A DNA stretch of 56,351 nt, the filler included, from Sphacelaria rigidula (taxonomy: Eukaryota): assembly GCA_964200075.2 (NCBI GenBank). It is 6 parts of 6 records of this genome, joined end to end, with 100 filler letters (N's around TTAATTAATTAA, not from the genome) between each part and the next. Parts side by side here need not be neighbours in the genome. Positions count along the whole stretch, not along the records: positions 28,228 to 37,535 come from CAXNAA020008786.1; positions 37,636 to 46,943 come from CAXNAA020008787.1; 4 more parts are not named here. One strand, given 5' to 3'. The notes beneath the pieces are model-generated. The model was not told the DNA's origin, made no database searches, and worked only from the letters and a program-made list of their open reading frames with translations. Within the stretch, counting starts at the first letter, position 1, and the number at the start of each line of letters is the position of its first letter. Position numbers and translations under genes: made by a program. Positions 32,299-44,629 of this stretch are shown one piece after another.

Positions 32299-35029
32299 AT
32301 GAAAACAGGTGCAGTGGGAGAGAAGGATGCTGAGGAGGTTGATGAAGGTTTCTGTGCAGAGGTGTTCGCGGAAACCTCTAACGGATTGGATGACTCAAGG
32401 CAGGCGGTCATGAACTTTGGAGAGTCCGACGCTTCAACCGGTCTTGGCCCAGTCGTAAGTGACCCGTCAGCGGCGGCAGCGCCGCTCCCCCCCAATTCAG
32501 CAGCTGCGACAACAGTCCCGCCTTTGAAGAAAAAAAATTCGACCGCGACGTGAAGTGTCTTCGGATATGCATGTTGTTTTTCATACACTCAGCGAGAGTA
32601 TCTTCATACCTCTTCGGGTTTTGCATGTGCTCCAGGCGCCCTTGTCGAGCGGACGGTGTTTTCGGTGGTAAGGATGCGCGGAATTCTATGTTGACAAGTT
32701 CACCATGCCGCTTCACCTAAGAACGGCATCTGTGTTCTCGCTCGCTTGTCTCTTGACTGCCTGCGCTCATGTCCGATGAACTCGAGCATGGGATCCATGA
32801 TCACTGCATACGTGAAACGGCGGATGCTGTATTCACCCTCTCCCTCCTTCTTTGCATCTTCTGGTCAGGAGTTCAACAAAATCATCGACCGCGATTTTCA
32901 GCATCTCCAACTGGCAACCGAGGTCGAGAACGCAATCATGAAGAGGGTGCTCAAGCGTTGCGCGGAGGCAGTCGCCTGGCTCCTCACGCTTGCTACGACC
33001 GCGCTGGAGCTGCCGTCGACTCGCCTGGAGATCCGGCCGAATGGCAAAAACTGATATCGGCCCTCCGCACCGTCATGACGGGTCCCGCCAATTCTTCGCG
33101 GGCCGCGAGGTTCACGAAGTTGCGCCACGCCGGGAGTCACCAGGAGAAAATGGCGTTTGTGACCCAGCCGGCGGTCGAGGACGCAGCGTCCGGTGTTTTC
33201 GGTCCGTCCGGTGATGACGAGCCGAGTCCCAATGCGAAGCGGGCGCTGGTTGGATTGCATCACTTCATTGAGCAGGCAAGTGCAATAGACCATTTGACTC
33301 TCCGCGCTCCGGCGCGAGGTCTGTAATCTCGAACGTGGATGCGTCATAGCTGTTGTTGGTCGTGTTGTTATTCTTGGTGATGACGTTGTTGTGGTGGCTT
33401 TTGTTGTTGCTGTTGCCGTTTATACTAAAAACCGTTGAGACACCTGAGCAGTATTCTGTGCTGGACATCTTATGGAGACACCTTCCGTGGCAACAGGCTA
33501 ACGACCCAGACTAGGACAAAAGAAAAAAATGAAATTAGACCTAGGAGATTGACATAGACGCGATGCAACTAAGAAATTAAGTTATCGGTGACGAGTGATC
33601 GTCAAAACTTAGTCCGGTCGTCATGATTTCCTCTTGCGTCGTGCGTCGTGCAGGCCATCTATCAAAACTTTGTTGTTGTTGTTGTTGTTGTTGTTGCTAT
33701 TGTGCCCACATTACAAACGGTTCTGACACCTACGCAGTGCTCTATACTGCGCATCTGATGAAGACGCCTTCCGTGTCAACAGGCCATCGACCCTAAATAG
33801 ACAAGAAAAAAATGAACTCGGACACAGCAAATTCGACACAGACAAGAAACGAACAGAGAAAAAAGTTATCGCCGAGGAATGATATTTACCCCGAGCCCGG
33901 TCGTCATGTTTCAATATTCTGTCGTGCAGGTCACCTACTAAAAGCTTGTGGCTTCCCTGGATGATGCCGACATCGTCCACCTCAGGTACCCGAACGAAGC
34001 ATTGGACCTGCACCGCGATCTTGCCGCTATCTTATACATGGTGTCGGGGTGGTTGATCAGCTCTGCCTTCACCCACGTGCGCGGGAATGTCCACGACCGC
34101 GCCTTGCTGTTGCCGTTACTGAATGCACAGAAATACCTCAATGAAGATTATTTCGACCGCCGCGCTCCGGACAACATGCGGGGGATAGAGATGGAAGTCG
34201 CCCGACGCAATAAAAGTTTCAAGGGGAAGAGTCTGTTGTTTACGTCTTCGGATTTTTCCACCTTGGTGCAGCATTGGGAGATGGGATATCGGCATGCATT
34301 CTCCAAACCCCATCTCCTTGCGACGTGGATGGGAAACCTCTCCGATGAGATCAGGAGGGTGGTCGGAGGGGCGGAGGCGGTGAAAATTCAGTGTAATCGG
34401 TGCGTGTCGGAGGCTTCGGGGTGGAAGTCTGACTCGTCCGCTGAGCAAGCCCTGTACGAATTCCTACTGCAGAAACTTCACGACGTCCGACTCGCCGAGT
34501 ATTGAAGGCGGCTGGGCATGGTGTCCGAATCATGTAAGAGGGAGGAAGCCACACAGCAGACCTTTCGCGCTAAGCCCAAAGCCGAACGTGGTCCGCGAAA
34601 TGTCAGCCGAGGCAGCCGCATGCCGACGGCGGCGGTGCTTCATGCGGAAGTGAAGGCGTTTGAGCCAGCGCCAAGGCGGATCTGATCGGGCGGAATTTCA
34701 CCGAGCAATCGTTCGGGAAGCTCACAGTCGCCGAACTGCGCGAGCACATCTAAAATGTGAGTGGCAATCTCAGGGGTCAGAGTAGAGCGTCAAAGATGAG
34801 TCTCCAAGCGCAACTGCGGTACCATGTGCCGGGGATTTTCTGCAGCCAAGAGGACGGTGCCGGGTCGGATGGCTTCGATGTCGCGAACACAGTGGCCCTC
34901 GAAGCTGAGGGTGGTGATGTAGGGCCACAAGGGCGGACTAATGTCGATGTGCCGGTGTTGTTTCTTCGCGACAGCGCATACGTTACGGCGACGCCAGGGT
35001 TCACCACCATGGTAGGATCGGTGCCCTAA
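32299..35029 (+). pseudogene. Decayed spliced gene, probably transposon-encoded, with a P-element-C-terminus-like helical region and a SAP-like motif
   Basis: GC-rich coding-like segments with a frameshift near 33020-33050 and in-frame stops at 33939, 34503 and 34751. Motifs AILYMVSGWLI...KSLLFTSSDF..LV..WE and KLTVAELREHI*NVSG...ASKMSLQAQLR. Probable intron 33276 (GC) to 33929. Confidence 0.55.
33345..33950 (+). repeat. ~290-bp tandem duplication containing a (TTG)n-tailed retroelement end and a splice acceptor
   Basis: ~33430-33670 vs ~33715-33950, each ending gtcgtgcag plus first exon codons; inner part matches the reverse complement of 37636-37720. Confidence 0.75.
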
Positions 35030-37423
35030 TTCATCACGCAGGTTCAATCCAATCGAAACTACTTACTGGAGGGTCTCGTGTGCCGTACGAATGCCTGGTC
35101 CGTGTAGTCTCTTGGGACGGCCGCGTCTAGACACGGGCGTGGGATGTATGCTGATCCTCGCGAAGCAACTGTGTCTTGTGGAGATGGTGTTGGCGCAGAC
35201 GACCGTCGACCTTTCGTCATCTCTGGCGGGATCTGCAGTACTTTTGGGGTGGGGTCTTTTTGTTGTGATGTTTTCGGAAGGGTGGAAGACAATATTTTGC
35301 TAGCTTGGGATATGTTGATGTATGGTCTCCGTTCTTGATGATTGGTTTTTGAAACGTAATATGGAGTATCGCGTGTGCACACACCATGCCATGGGTAGTG
35401 GTGTTTATTTCATGATTTCAGGAAAACTTACTCGTTTCTTATGGGTGTCGTGCGGAATAAAACTGTCCTGCCTGCCAGTCGTTACCGCCATGTCTGCCCT
35501 CTTTTGTTCATCTGTGAATCGCAATTGAGCATGGAGAATCGGTCGAGCATATTGGGATCCCAAAAAAAAACTAAGCGGGCTCCCTTCTTGTTGTTAAGGG
35601 TGACTCGAGGGCGTTATCCTACACGAAATAGTGATGACAATGTGATGTCCGCCCCAGCGATTGCCCATCTTACATTTATCAGCACAAACATGTCACATGG
35701 GGCCGTGGGAGCAGTGACATGGTAGGGGCGCACTTTTTTTTCTGGGGCTTTGGTGAGCGAATATCTGGGCCTTAGAAAGCACCCTCAGCTAGGTTTTGGA
35801 TCGAGGAGGCATCACTCATACATGAATCTTCAAGTAGTGTTTCTAATTTTGATCGACCCGGGCTCAAAATCGCCTCTTGCCGCGACAACCTCGACACGGC
35901 GAGTTGGAAATATTGATTGGATACTCGGCACGGCGTTAATCTCAGTATCAACTCTCACGTATTAACTCATACTTCATTCTTCTCTGACATGTTGGGGCGC
36001 TCTGTGAATGCATGGGCGTTGTTTCCCGACCTCATCTTCGTGTTTCAGGACACTGTTTGCAGTCACCGTTCGAATATGAGTATCGAGGATCGCACGGGCA
36101 TAGAAGGATCTCTGGCATCCTGCAGTGATATTATGTTTTTCCCCTATTTTTGGATGAGTTGAGGTGGCCTTGTGAAAAACATGGCCTGTACGACACCAAA
36201 TGGCCCGCAACTCATGGAAAAAACAATATATATATATATAAAAATATTAGTCTCGATGGCGCACCTGGTTAAGCTTGCGAGTCCTTACACGACATATCAA
36301 CACACTAGTACCAAATCCGGGCCGGCAAATGTTCTGCGGTGCATCGTTCTGATGTTTCACCGGGCTCAGCTCTCAGCCGCCCTTTCTCCCGTCAACACGG
36401 GGAGATCAACTGTCTAATTGTATACGGACTATGGACAGGTTGACAATATAATTACTTTTATCCGTTGATAGTTTTTGGTAACATTTATCCATTTTTTACT
36501 TGGTTGTTACAGGCCTTCGATCTCGCTTCGTTCTATACACGTGAGTTGAGGGTGTTATCGTGAGGCAAACGGTGTAATACGTAAGGTAAGAGAATGAGCT
36601 CAAGTCATGGTGAAATGCGGTCGATCTGTCCCTGGTATTTCCGTTGCTCACGCCGCCGCGTTTTCCTCACTATAATTTCTAGGGCTGTGAACTGGACCAG
36701 TTTGTACTGGCGATTAAAGTGAAACTGGAATTCAACTGGAAGTGGTGATGAGAACTCCAGTTTATCCAGTTTATTTGAAGTTTGCCGTTACCGGCTATGT
36801 CAATACCAATTTTAGTATGGTGAATTTATAACAAATGTGCTTACATTATTACAAACAAATGATAGAAATGGGACCTGTACCTGACAGCAGTACAAGTACA
36901 GACAGTGCTCGTGGTACGAGCTGGGCCAGCCTAGAAGCGGATTTGGAGTTTGCAAGCCCGTTCGCAACTCAATACTCAGAGTTGGACCCTAAACATTGGT
37001 ATGAATAATCAACAGGGCATAGTAACAAAAAATATGCATCGACCGCAAGATCTTTTATTCACTGATTGAACGGCATTTCAAAAGTGATATTTGCCTTCAA
37101 CTCGTGAAGAAAAATCTCCGGGATCCCTTTTGATTGTCCATAAAAAATTGTAGAGAGAACGCGCGAGGAGTCTTTGGCGTTGACATAGAGCAAGTTGCGG
37201 CGGTGTCGGCGGGGACCTGTTGTGTACACAACGACCAAGGCGCGAAGAGAACTTTCAGACCACCTCGAGCTTCGGACCACGGAAGTCTCCAGATGAAGAA
37301 CGGTCGCGGTCGAAACATTAACGGCACCAAGTCGTGTGTGCACCACGACCGCGCTATAAGTAGGAGGCCACAAGAGTTTCTCTTCCTTTCGGTGCAACAC
37401 CCATATTACAGACGTACAGTGCC

Positions 37424-37535
37424 GGTCGCCCCGGTGGCTCAGTTGGTCACCTCGTAACCTTCTGATTTTTGAGATGTTGGGTTCGATTCCCGGAGCGATT
37501 TGGGATTATTTCTTACACCATGCTCAACAGTGGAG
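37424..37535 (+). mobile_element. tRNA-derived SINE 5' part, cut by contig end
   Basis: ggtcgccccggtggctcagttggt...gggttcgattcccggagcgat, matching 16625 and 49209. Confidence 0.85.
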
Positions 37536-37635
37536 NNNNNNNNNNNNNNNNNNNNNNNNNNNNNNNNNNNNNNNNNNNNTTAATTAATTAANNNNNNNNN
37601 NNNNNNNNNNNNNNNNNNNNNNNNNNNNNNNNNNN
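37536..37635. other. Artificial contig linker
   Basis: 44N-TTAATTAATTAA-44N. Confidence 0.98.
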
Positions 37636-37724
37636 CTAGCCTGTGACCACGGAAGGCGTCCGCATCAGATGCCCAGTACGAATGTACCACGCAGATATCG
37701 GAACGGTTTCTTAATGATGTGAGG

Positions 37725-37790
<66 letters not shown>
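37636..37790 (+). mobile_element. Retroelement 3' end with (CAA)n tail
   Basis: ccacggaaggcgtccgcatcagatgcccagta followed by about 21 CAA units; inverted copies near 33440 and 33725. Confidence 0.7.
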
Positions 37791-38420
37791 CTTTTCCACA
37801 GTGAAATCTCCTGTCTAGGGTGTGGAGATTGATGTATCTGTTGCACCGGAATTCGGAGTCCGCAGCATCGGATTGGCAACCTCTTTGATGCTTGGTTGAT
37901 TGATTGGGAGTGCGGGTCGGCTGCCTCGCGATAGCCCCTACGAATCCGGTCGTGTTCGTGTGCAATATAAAATGTGAAACCGCAGTGCAGTAAGTGAACG
38001 GAAACGCTCTGTCGTGCGTACCGCATGCTGTCAGGTCAGGATGCCGCAGCACGTCACAGGAACAAGATGTGTTTGACAGTCCGTCCGGTCAGCCCGAGGG
38101 CTGTTGAGGGCTGGCTGGCTTCAGCTCTGCCTTCGACATTATTGTTCCCCTGTTCATGGGCCGCTACCTCGATTTCGTAGCTGTAGGCTCACCACTCGAA
38201 AAACTTCGCCAGTTGACAGGGCAGTGCATACAAATCGGCAACGTCATGCCCCCTCCCCGGGACTTGGACCGTAGTGTCAACTTCTGCTTCTCGGATTTCC
38301 AGTGTTGTACATACAACAGTAGGGGCTACTTGAAAAGGTTCACAGGCGATGTTGATTTTCCCCCGCCCGCGGTTCAATATACAGCCCTTCAATTCCTTCA
38401 GAGAAGGCGAGCGGACTCAC

Positions 38421-38557
38421 CTCCCGCACCGTAAATGACGTGCTCCGCATGAAGGCAGAGCAAACCCATCCGCGCCACCGGGCATTGCTAGTAACAGCGA
38501 AGCGAACACCGCTCCTGGTACGGCCGGGCATGACCTCCTCCGTTTCCTGGTGATCAT
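38421..38557 (-). CDS. Putative first coding exon with signal peptide (possible bipartite plastid-targeting sequence)
   Basis: ATG at 38557 and consensus donor AG|GTGAGT; encodes MITRKRRRSCPAVPGAVFASLLLAMPGGADG-FALPSCGARHLRCG. No convincing downstream exon found. Confidence 0.4.
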
Positions 38558-40599
38558 GATGATCTTTACGTTGATAGCGACTGTTCTGCGAGATGCGAGT
38601 TTTACTGTTGTTGGGTGAGTGTGCGTGTATTCTTCCGCTTAGGAATACGGTCTACTATCAACGAGATCGCCTTGTCGATGCACCACGTTACAGCAGCCAG
38701 TGAGTGATGAGTGTCGAGTATCGTCGTCCTGTGCTGGTACTGCGATGCGAGGAGCCAAGATTGCAAATGATATCATTTTACGCGACACCTGTAGCTACGT
38801 TCAGACCTGCGATCAAATCATACCTATCTATTACTTATCCATAAATATTTCCCACCCACCATTTCGCGGGGCATAATACAAACTCATTAATCACGCACAT
38901 CCATACCGCGCTTATCTATTTTAGAGATTGATATCCATAGCGGAGTATATGTATAAAAGTCATCGCTATTGAAATATCATCGTTTTCAAGAAATACATGT
39001 TTTCGGTTATGAAATGTATGTTGATATAATTTGGAGCATGACTTAGTTATAAGTTGCACACTTCCAATTTCAAACAAAGCACCCTCATGAGGAAATCGCC
39101 AGTTTGATGAGCGTGCTTACTGCGTGTCTTGACGAAGTTCTCTGTTGAGTACGGTGTAAAGCACGCGCTGGGACATTTAGAGTTGACACAAAAGGACACG
39201 CAGCGCATTAGGAGCACACATCTCGTGTAAGTAAACGTAGCAACGACAATTTCGGCTCTTGGAATCGGGGCTATCGGAAAACAGGAACAGTATACGACCG
39301 CACGGTCACTACAACCCGTTACAGCACAGCAGAGCAGCAGTGTGGGCGGTGGTGGTTGCTGCGAGTGGAAATACTGCTGCTGCATACCATGTCAGAGGAG
39401 GAGCCATTGAAGGTAAACCTGTGAACACACCTTCGATTGGTTCTTGTAATGGTGCCCGTAAACTAGGTGTATCTTGTGTTGCGTTTTCTGTGCTGGTAGG
39501 CACGATCGACGCTTAATTTGCTCCGGATTCGCATAATTTCGTGTTCCAACGGTACGACTGATGGAGAATAACACCCCCGGTGATCACTGATTCAACCTCG
39601 ATTTTTTCGAGGAGCAACACCGAACACGCCGCGCAGACCACGTTATTTGACAGACATTGAAAAGATGTTTATATAGTAGCGACATCATGTTCCCCAGGCT
39701 TCATCGCGCGTGGTTCCCGAAAAATGTAAAGTTTAAACGTCACGTTCGTCGGTCTGTGCGGGTGTCAACGATGTTGTTTCTTTCCAGCAAAGTAAGGCAC
39801 CAGGGGCATATTTCGGTGGGCCCTGGGGAAAATATGCACCTGAAAGTACATGGCAGCAGCAAGAATTGGTTTTGAATCTTGCGTGTTTAGGGAGCTGTGT
39901 CTGCACAGTGCACTCCTATTGGGCGTGAATGGGACGGCATTACTGCCCATGTCCTGCAACGCAGCAATAATTATTCTGTGGGTGTGTCAAGATTGCGCCA
40001 AGTTGTTGTAATGTTAATATCAGCGTGTACGCCCGAACGGCGGATGGGGTCATGTGCGGGGTCTCTCTGGTTGTGGTTGCTGTGCTGTACCGAACAACAG
40101 TACCGTAATGTACTGTGTTGTGCAACTTTTTCATTCTTATCTTTATTCCCGCACGTTAGTCCGATTTCTCGAACCCGAAGGTCGCCTTTCCACTATCGTT
40201 ATGGTTGTTCCTTACATGAGATGAAGCTTTCATTACTTATTCTGAGACTCCGAAAACAAACAAAGTAACACACCCACCTACCAACACGCAAAAAGAGAGG
40301 GAGAGAGACGTAAAAAAAACAGGAGAGAAAGAAGCTCCCCCCAGTTGGTCCGGGTGAAAAACAAAACACATCAGATCTGACCTGGAGAAAACACACGAAA
40401 AAGAAGTAAATAAACAAAGACAAGAGGGGCTAAAGTGGATACTAGGCGAGAGTCAAACAACACCAGGTAGGCTGACAGAAAAATACCGTGGTTGCTATAT
40501 AGTAGGAAGACAGCATACACACTGACGAATGCACTACGCGACTGCATACTCGCCGCGGTTCGGCGGCCCTCGATAGGCACAGAGGAAACTCCAGCGCTA

Positions 40600-40990
40600 A
40601 CACAACAAGCATTCCCTTAGCACGGCGCGCGTTGGTCCAGGCTGTCACGTACGTCTTAGCCCCCTCCTCAATGATCCGGCACCATCGGGAAACATTTTGG
40701 GTAACCGGCGTCCACGATGTCGCGTTATTTCGAAGTCGGAGCAGTTCTCCGTCACTCTATGTTGTAGGCGTCCCGCTCGTTGGCCTGCCGTCGTCTTCCT
40801 TCTGACCATTACTCCACGCATGACGATGTCCGAGAGGCGTTCGTCGCGTATGCGCACAGCGTTGCCGATGTGTAGGAGGATTCGGCTCATCACGGTAGCC
40901 TCGATGCACTCGAAGCCAGTTCTTTCGATGACCTCGCGGCATGGCAGCACATGGCAGTCGGGAGCATTGCGGCTTGGGGTATGCTTGCTG
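40600..40990 (-). mobile_element. RTE-like LINE ORF2 C-terminal remnant
   Basis: REVIERTGFECIEATVMSRILLHIGNAVRIRDERLSDIVMRGVMV...AGQRAGRL resembles the post-RT 'IE...RRL.W.GH..RM...RLPK....G......GR' region of RTE elements. Confidence 0.7.
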
Positions 40991-43224
40991 AAGCAACTTA
41001 GCAGAAATCCGTCCAATACCATATGTTTCAACCCGTTGTATGTGTGCAAAGGAGACACGCGGGCGGAGACATTGGTTTTGTTGTTTAGTGGAAGTACTTT
41101 CTCGGTCACGGATACAGTAGCAAATGACTGCGAGATCAGTCCTGGCGTCTCCTGCATCATATCTCATGTTCTCCTGCACGAACTGAGTCTAGCAGCAGCC
41201 GAGAGATTCTGATGTTTCACGATGTTCACGAGTTAAGGTTACGGTTACAGTTACTCTTGGCAGTATTGTTCGACCGAAACAATGTACGGTCAACCATGGG
41301 TCTGGGGAGCCGCGTTGTGGAGAACCCCCCTCCATTGTGGGTTATCGAAACTCGATGAAGCATAAAATCACAATCATGCTAGCGCACAGCTTCAGCAGAC
41401 GATGGCCATAGCTACCTTTTGCAACAGAGCAGGAACTGACGATATTCGTATATTTCCGCAAGACTGGCAAAACAAACACGCTTCCTGTACGAACAGGCCA
41501 TTTTCCATTATGAAATCTAAGACACGGTCGCGAAGAACTCACGCGCGGTTGCCTAGAGTATGTTCTCGCTTCACACACGCGTGATCGAGGGGCGTACCAG
41601 GTGAAGGCTGTGGATCGCTCCCCTCAGATTGGAAAGTGTATCATGGGCAAGGCTGACGGGGGGGGGAAACCCCCGCTTTGAGAGGCTGGTACCCCTCATA
41701 TACCATGGATAATGACGATAGAATGTAATGTACACAGTGAAATGGTCTCGCCACAGGGCGTGGTCCCACCACAGTGCGGGGCTCACAATTGTGTGGTCGT
41801 ACGAGGTTTGCAACCCGATGCACTGTACTATTTATATGATGGGATCCCTGCGAAACTTGATTGCTGCAATGACTACAGCGTAGACACTGCCAAACGGTAG
41901 GTGGTGGAGATAGGTTGAGGGGGTATTTACCGTACCTTGGGGCAATGGTCTATTTCTGGTAAATATTGTTACAGCAGGTGATGAAAAATGTCAGCCTTGT
42001 TGATTTTCCGCGTGATGAGAAAGTCATACTAAGTATTCCAGCGGCCATAAATCCACGGCCGCCGGCCCCAGAAAAGTACGAAGATACAAAATCGCGTCGG
42101 TTTTGAGCTCCTCAAACGCAGGCGAAGTCTGGGTGGTGAAGGCGTTCTTCAGTTTTATATGTTCTCTTTTACCTTATTGATACCCCTGATTTTTTTGTTT
42201 TCACCACACTCTGACCAACTCGGAGGGATTTTTTTTCCTTCTTCCGTTTCTTGACGCCTCTGTCTTTCATCGTTTTATTTTCGATTGTTTTGGTGTCTCG
42301 GAAGAAGTCACTCAAAAAGCGGCTCTATCACTTATAGGGTATCGTTGTTGAAGTACTGGAAAGGCGACCCCACGCCTGTGACCACGGGTTCGACAGATCG
42401 GACTCACGTGCAGAAATAGTGATGATTGCAATACTGGTGAAAAGGGAAAGCTCGAAAATGGTACCAGTTACAGCCTTGTTCACGCTTATCACCCAAAATT
42501 GTGTCATCAGCAGATGCCTTTCTCGCTACCTACCCAATAGTCGCATACATGACATCATACTGACCGCCATGGACAGCTGAAGAGCGNNNNNNNNTAGCGC
42601 CCGTCAAGTTGTTCCGAGATCAAAATTACGAATTCCAAGCCCAATTTTCACCCAATCTTCACAAGCTCCAAATCGTAGTAACCGTCATCGGCTCGAAGAA
42701 TCACGAAAGAAACATGTGTTGGAACGGTTACTGTGGGGGTCGAATTATACCCGAAATCGTGATGTTCGGTGATGTTGGGTGTTGGCGTCGTCTAATTTCC
42801 ACTGATGATACACACGAAAGATCCAGGGAGCCTCGTGACGGTGTCCCGCATATCGTAGGAAAGCTCAGATCGCCCTCAAACTTGGCAGTTCCGTAGGTAT
42901 TAATGCCCCAAATAGAAAAATTGAAGTCTCGACGATATTTCATGGTTCCTCGGTTCTCTACCCGCTTCTGAGGGTCCCAGTATGAAGACCCCTGGACGCC
43001 GGTACGGAATGCCCCCAAAGAAAAATAAGATTCCAAGGAACACATGTACAGAGTTTGGTGGAGAAACTCGATAACCTCATACAGATTTCCTTGCCTTGAC
43101 GTCAACTTCACCCCAAAAGACGTTTCAATACTAAAACCAAGTAGTTAGGAGTTGCACGTTCCAAGCCCACGTCCTCCACAAACGCGCAAACCTTCAAGCC
43201 GTTATGAGGAGTTAGATCCTGAAA

Positions 43225-43810
43225 CTTTGCACAATCATGCTATGTATCATTACGCAACTTTCTATGGACAATATTTTTTACTTGTTGGGTTTTTTACCGT
43301 TTTTCGCGGGTCTGAAGGGATCCAAGTCGTTTTTTGAAGTAATCATTCTGGGACCCCGGAAAACCCATACCATGATATTTTTTCTTCATTTTTTCGTGAA
43401 TGAGCTGTCGCCGCATAACCCAAAGAAGGGCCCCTCAAACTTTCGTCGCAAAAATCGATCAACTGATGCTTGAATTTCATGTTTACGTCAAAGAAGGTAA
43501 AAAACGCCGTTTTGGTACCAAAATCCAGTAGTGTGCGGTTTCACCGCTGCACGTCAAACTTCATCCAACAAAAGCGAACAACCCCACGCCGTTTTGAAGC
43601 GTTAGACGCTGGAATTTTGCGCGACTGTGCTATGGGTCGTTGCGCAACTTTGGATGAACGAGATTTTTTGAAGATTTTTCTTGACTGACTTACGGGTTTT
43701 AGATTGGATCGATGTTTCCCGCACAAAACCGGAACCCCCCAAAAACGGTGAAAACAGTCGAAAAGTCGAAAAACCTCGACCTTCGATAGTTGCGTAATGC
43801 CCCAAAGAAC
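43225..43810. repeat. Dispersed repeat with internal inverted subunits
   Basis: cattacgcaact...ttttaccgttttt (~43247-43305) mirrors aaaaacggtgaaaa...agttgcgtaatg (~43740-43800); ~43620-43810 matches 25283-25490. Confidence 0.6.
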
Positions 43811-44106
43811 ATATGTGCAATTTTTTAGGGTCCAGCAACGACGGTCCATTTTTTTCCGATCAATATTTGAAATGGACTGCTTTTTTTGTGTCGAAATTCC
43901 AAGCCAAGTGCGCTATGGGTTTGCCCTTGAAAATTGGCCAATTTTCAACGTATTTCAAAGCTCCTGTGAAGCCAAATCGCGTAGAAACATGCCTTCGGCA
44001 CGGTGCCTCCAGCGGGGGCCCCTCTGTAGGGGAGGGGGGGCTTTTTCGCCCGCGGCTGCGCCGCTCGATGACCAAACCATTATGTTCCATTTAGAAGGGT
44101 AATGGT

Positions 44107-44523
44107 CAAGGATGTCGGTTAACGTCAAGCTGTCAAGCCTGCCTGTCTGTCAAGGCGTTTGGCGTCGTCAAGACAAAACATCTCCTGTTCCCGGGGTAAA
44201 TAACACCTACCCATCTCTGTAGAAGCCCTTCTTTTTCCATTCACACAACCAGGCCTGAGTCCTTTGTGCCGGCATAATTTCTAGCATGATTCGTCTTTTC
44301 CCCCCGAAAAATAGCATGCAGCATGCGTACAGCCCCCAAAACGACATTGATACTGATCAAAGTATAAAATGTACCGCATTTGCTCGGAAAACATGGCCGA
44401 AAAAAATTGGCGTTTAGGGTTTCAGCTATATGGTTAGGCGTTACCCTGTCAAAGCTGTCAAGACAGGCAATTGGTGCTTGACAGTCTGTCAAGGGGTTCA
44501 AACCCTGTCAACCGACATCCTTG
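44107..44523. mobile_element. hAT-type non-autonomous element with 8-bp TSD
   Basis: TIR CAAGGATGTCGGTT / AACCGACATCCTTG; TSD gtaatggt / ataatggt (7 of 8 match); subterminal ctgtcaa repeats. Confidence 0.85.
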
Positions 44524-44629
44524 ATAATGGTTGCACTACGCGTAACACATTTTACTGGTTAATGGTTAGACAAACCATTCCCGAGCTCTGTGAAAAGATA
44601 TACCCTCGTTTTTTCCCCTCTCCAGAACG

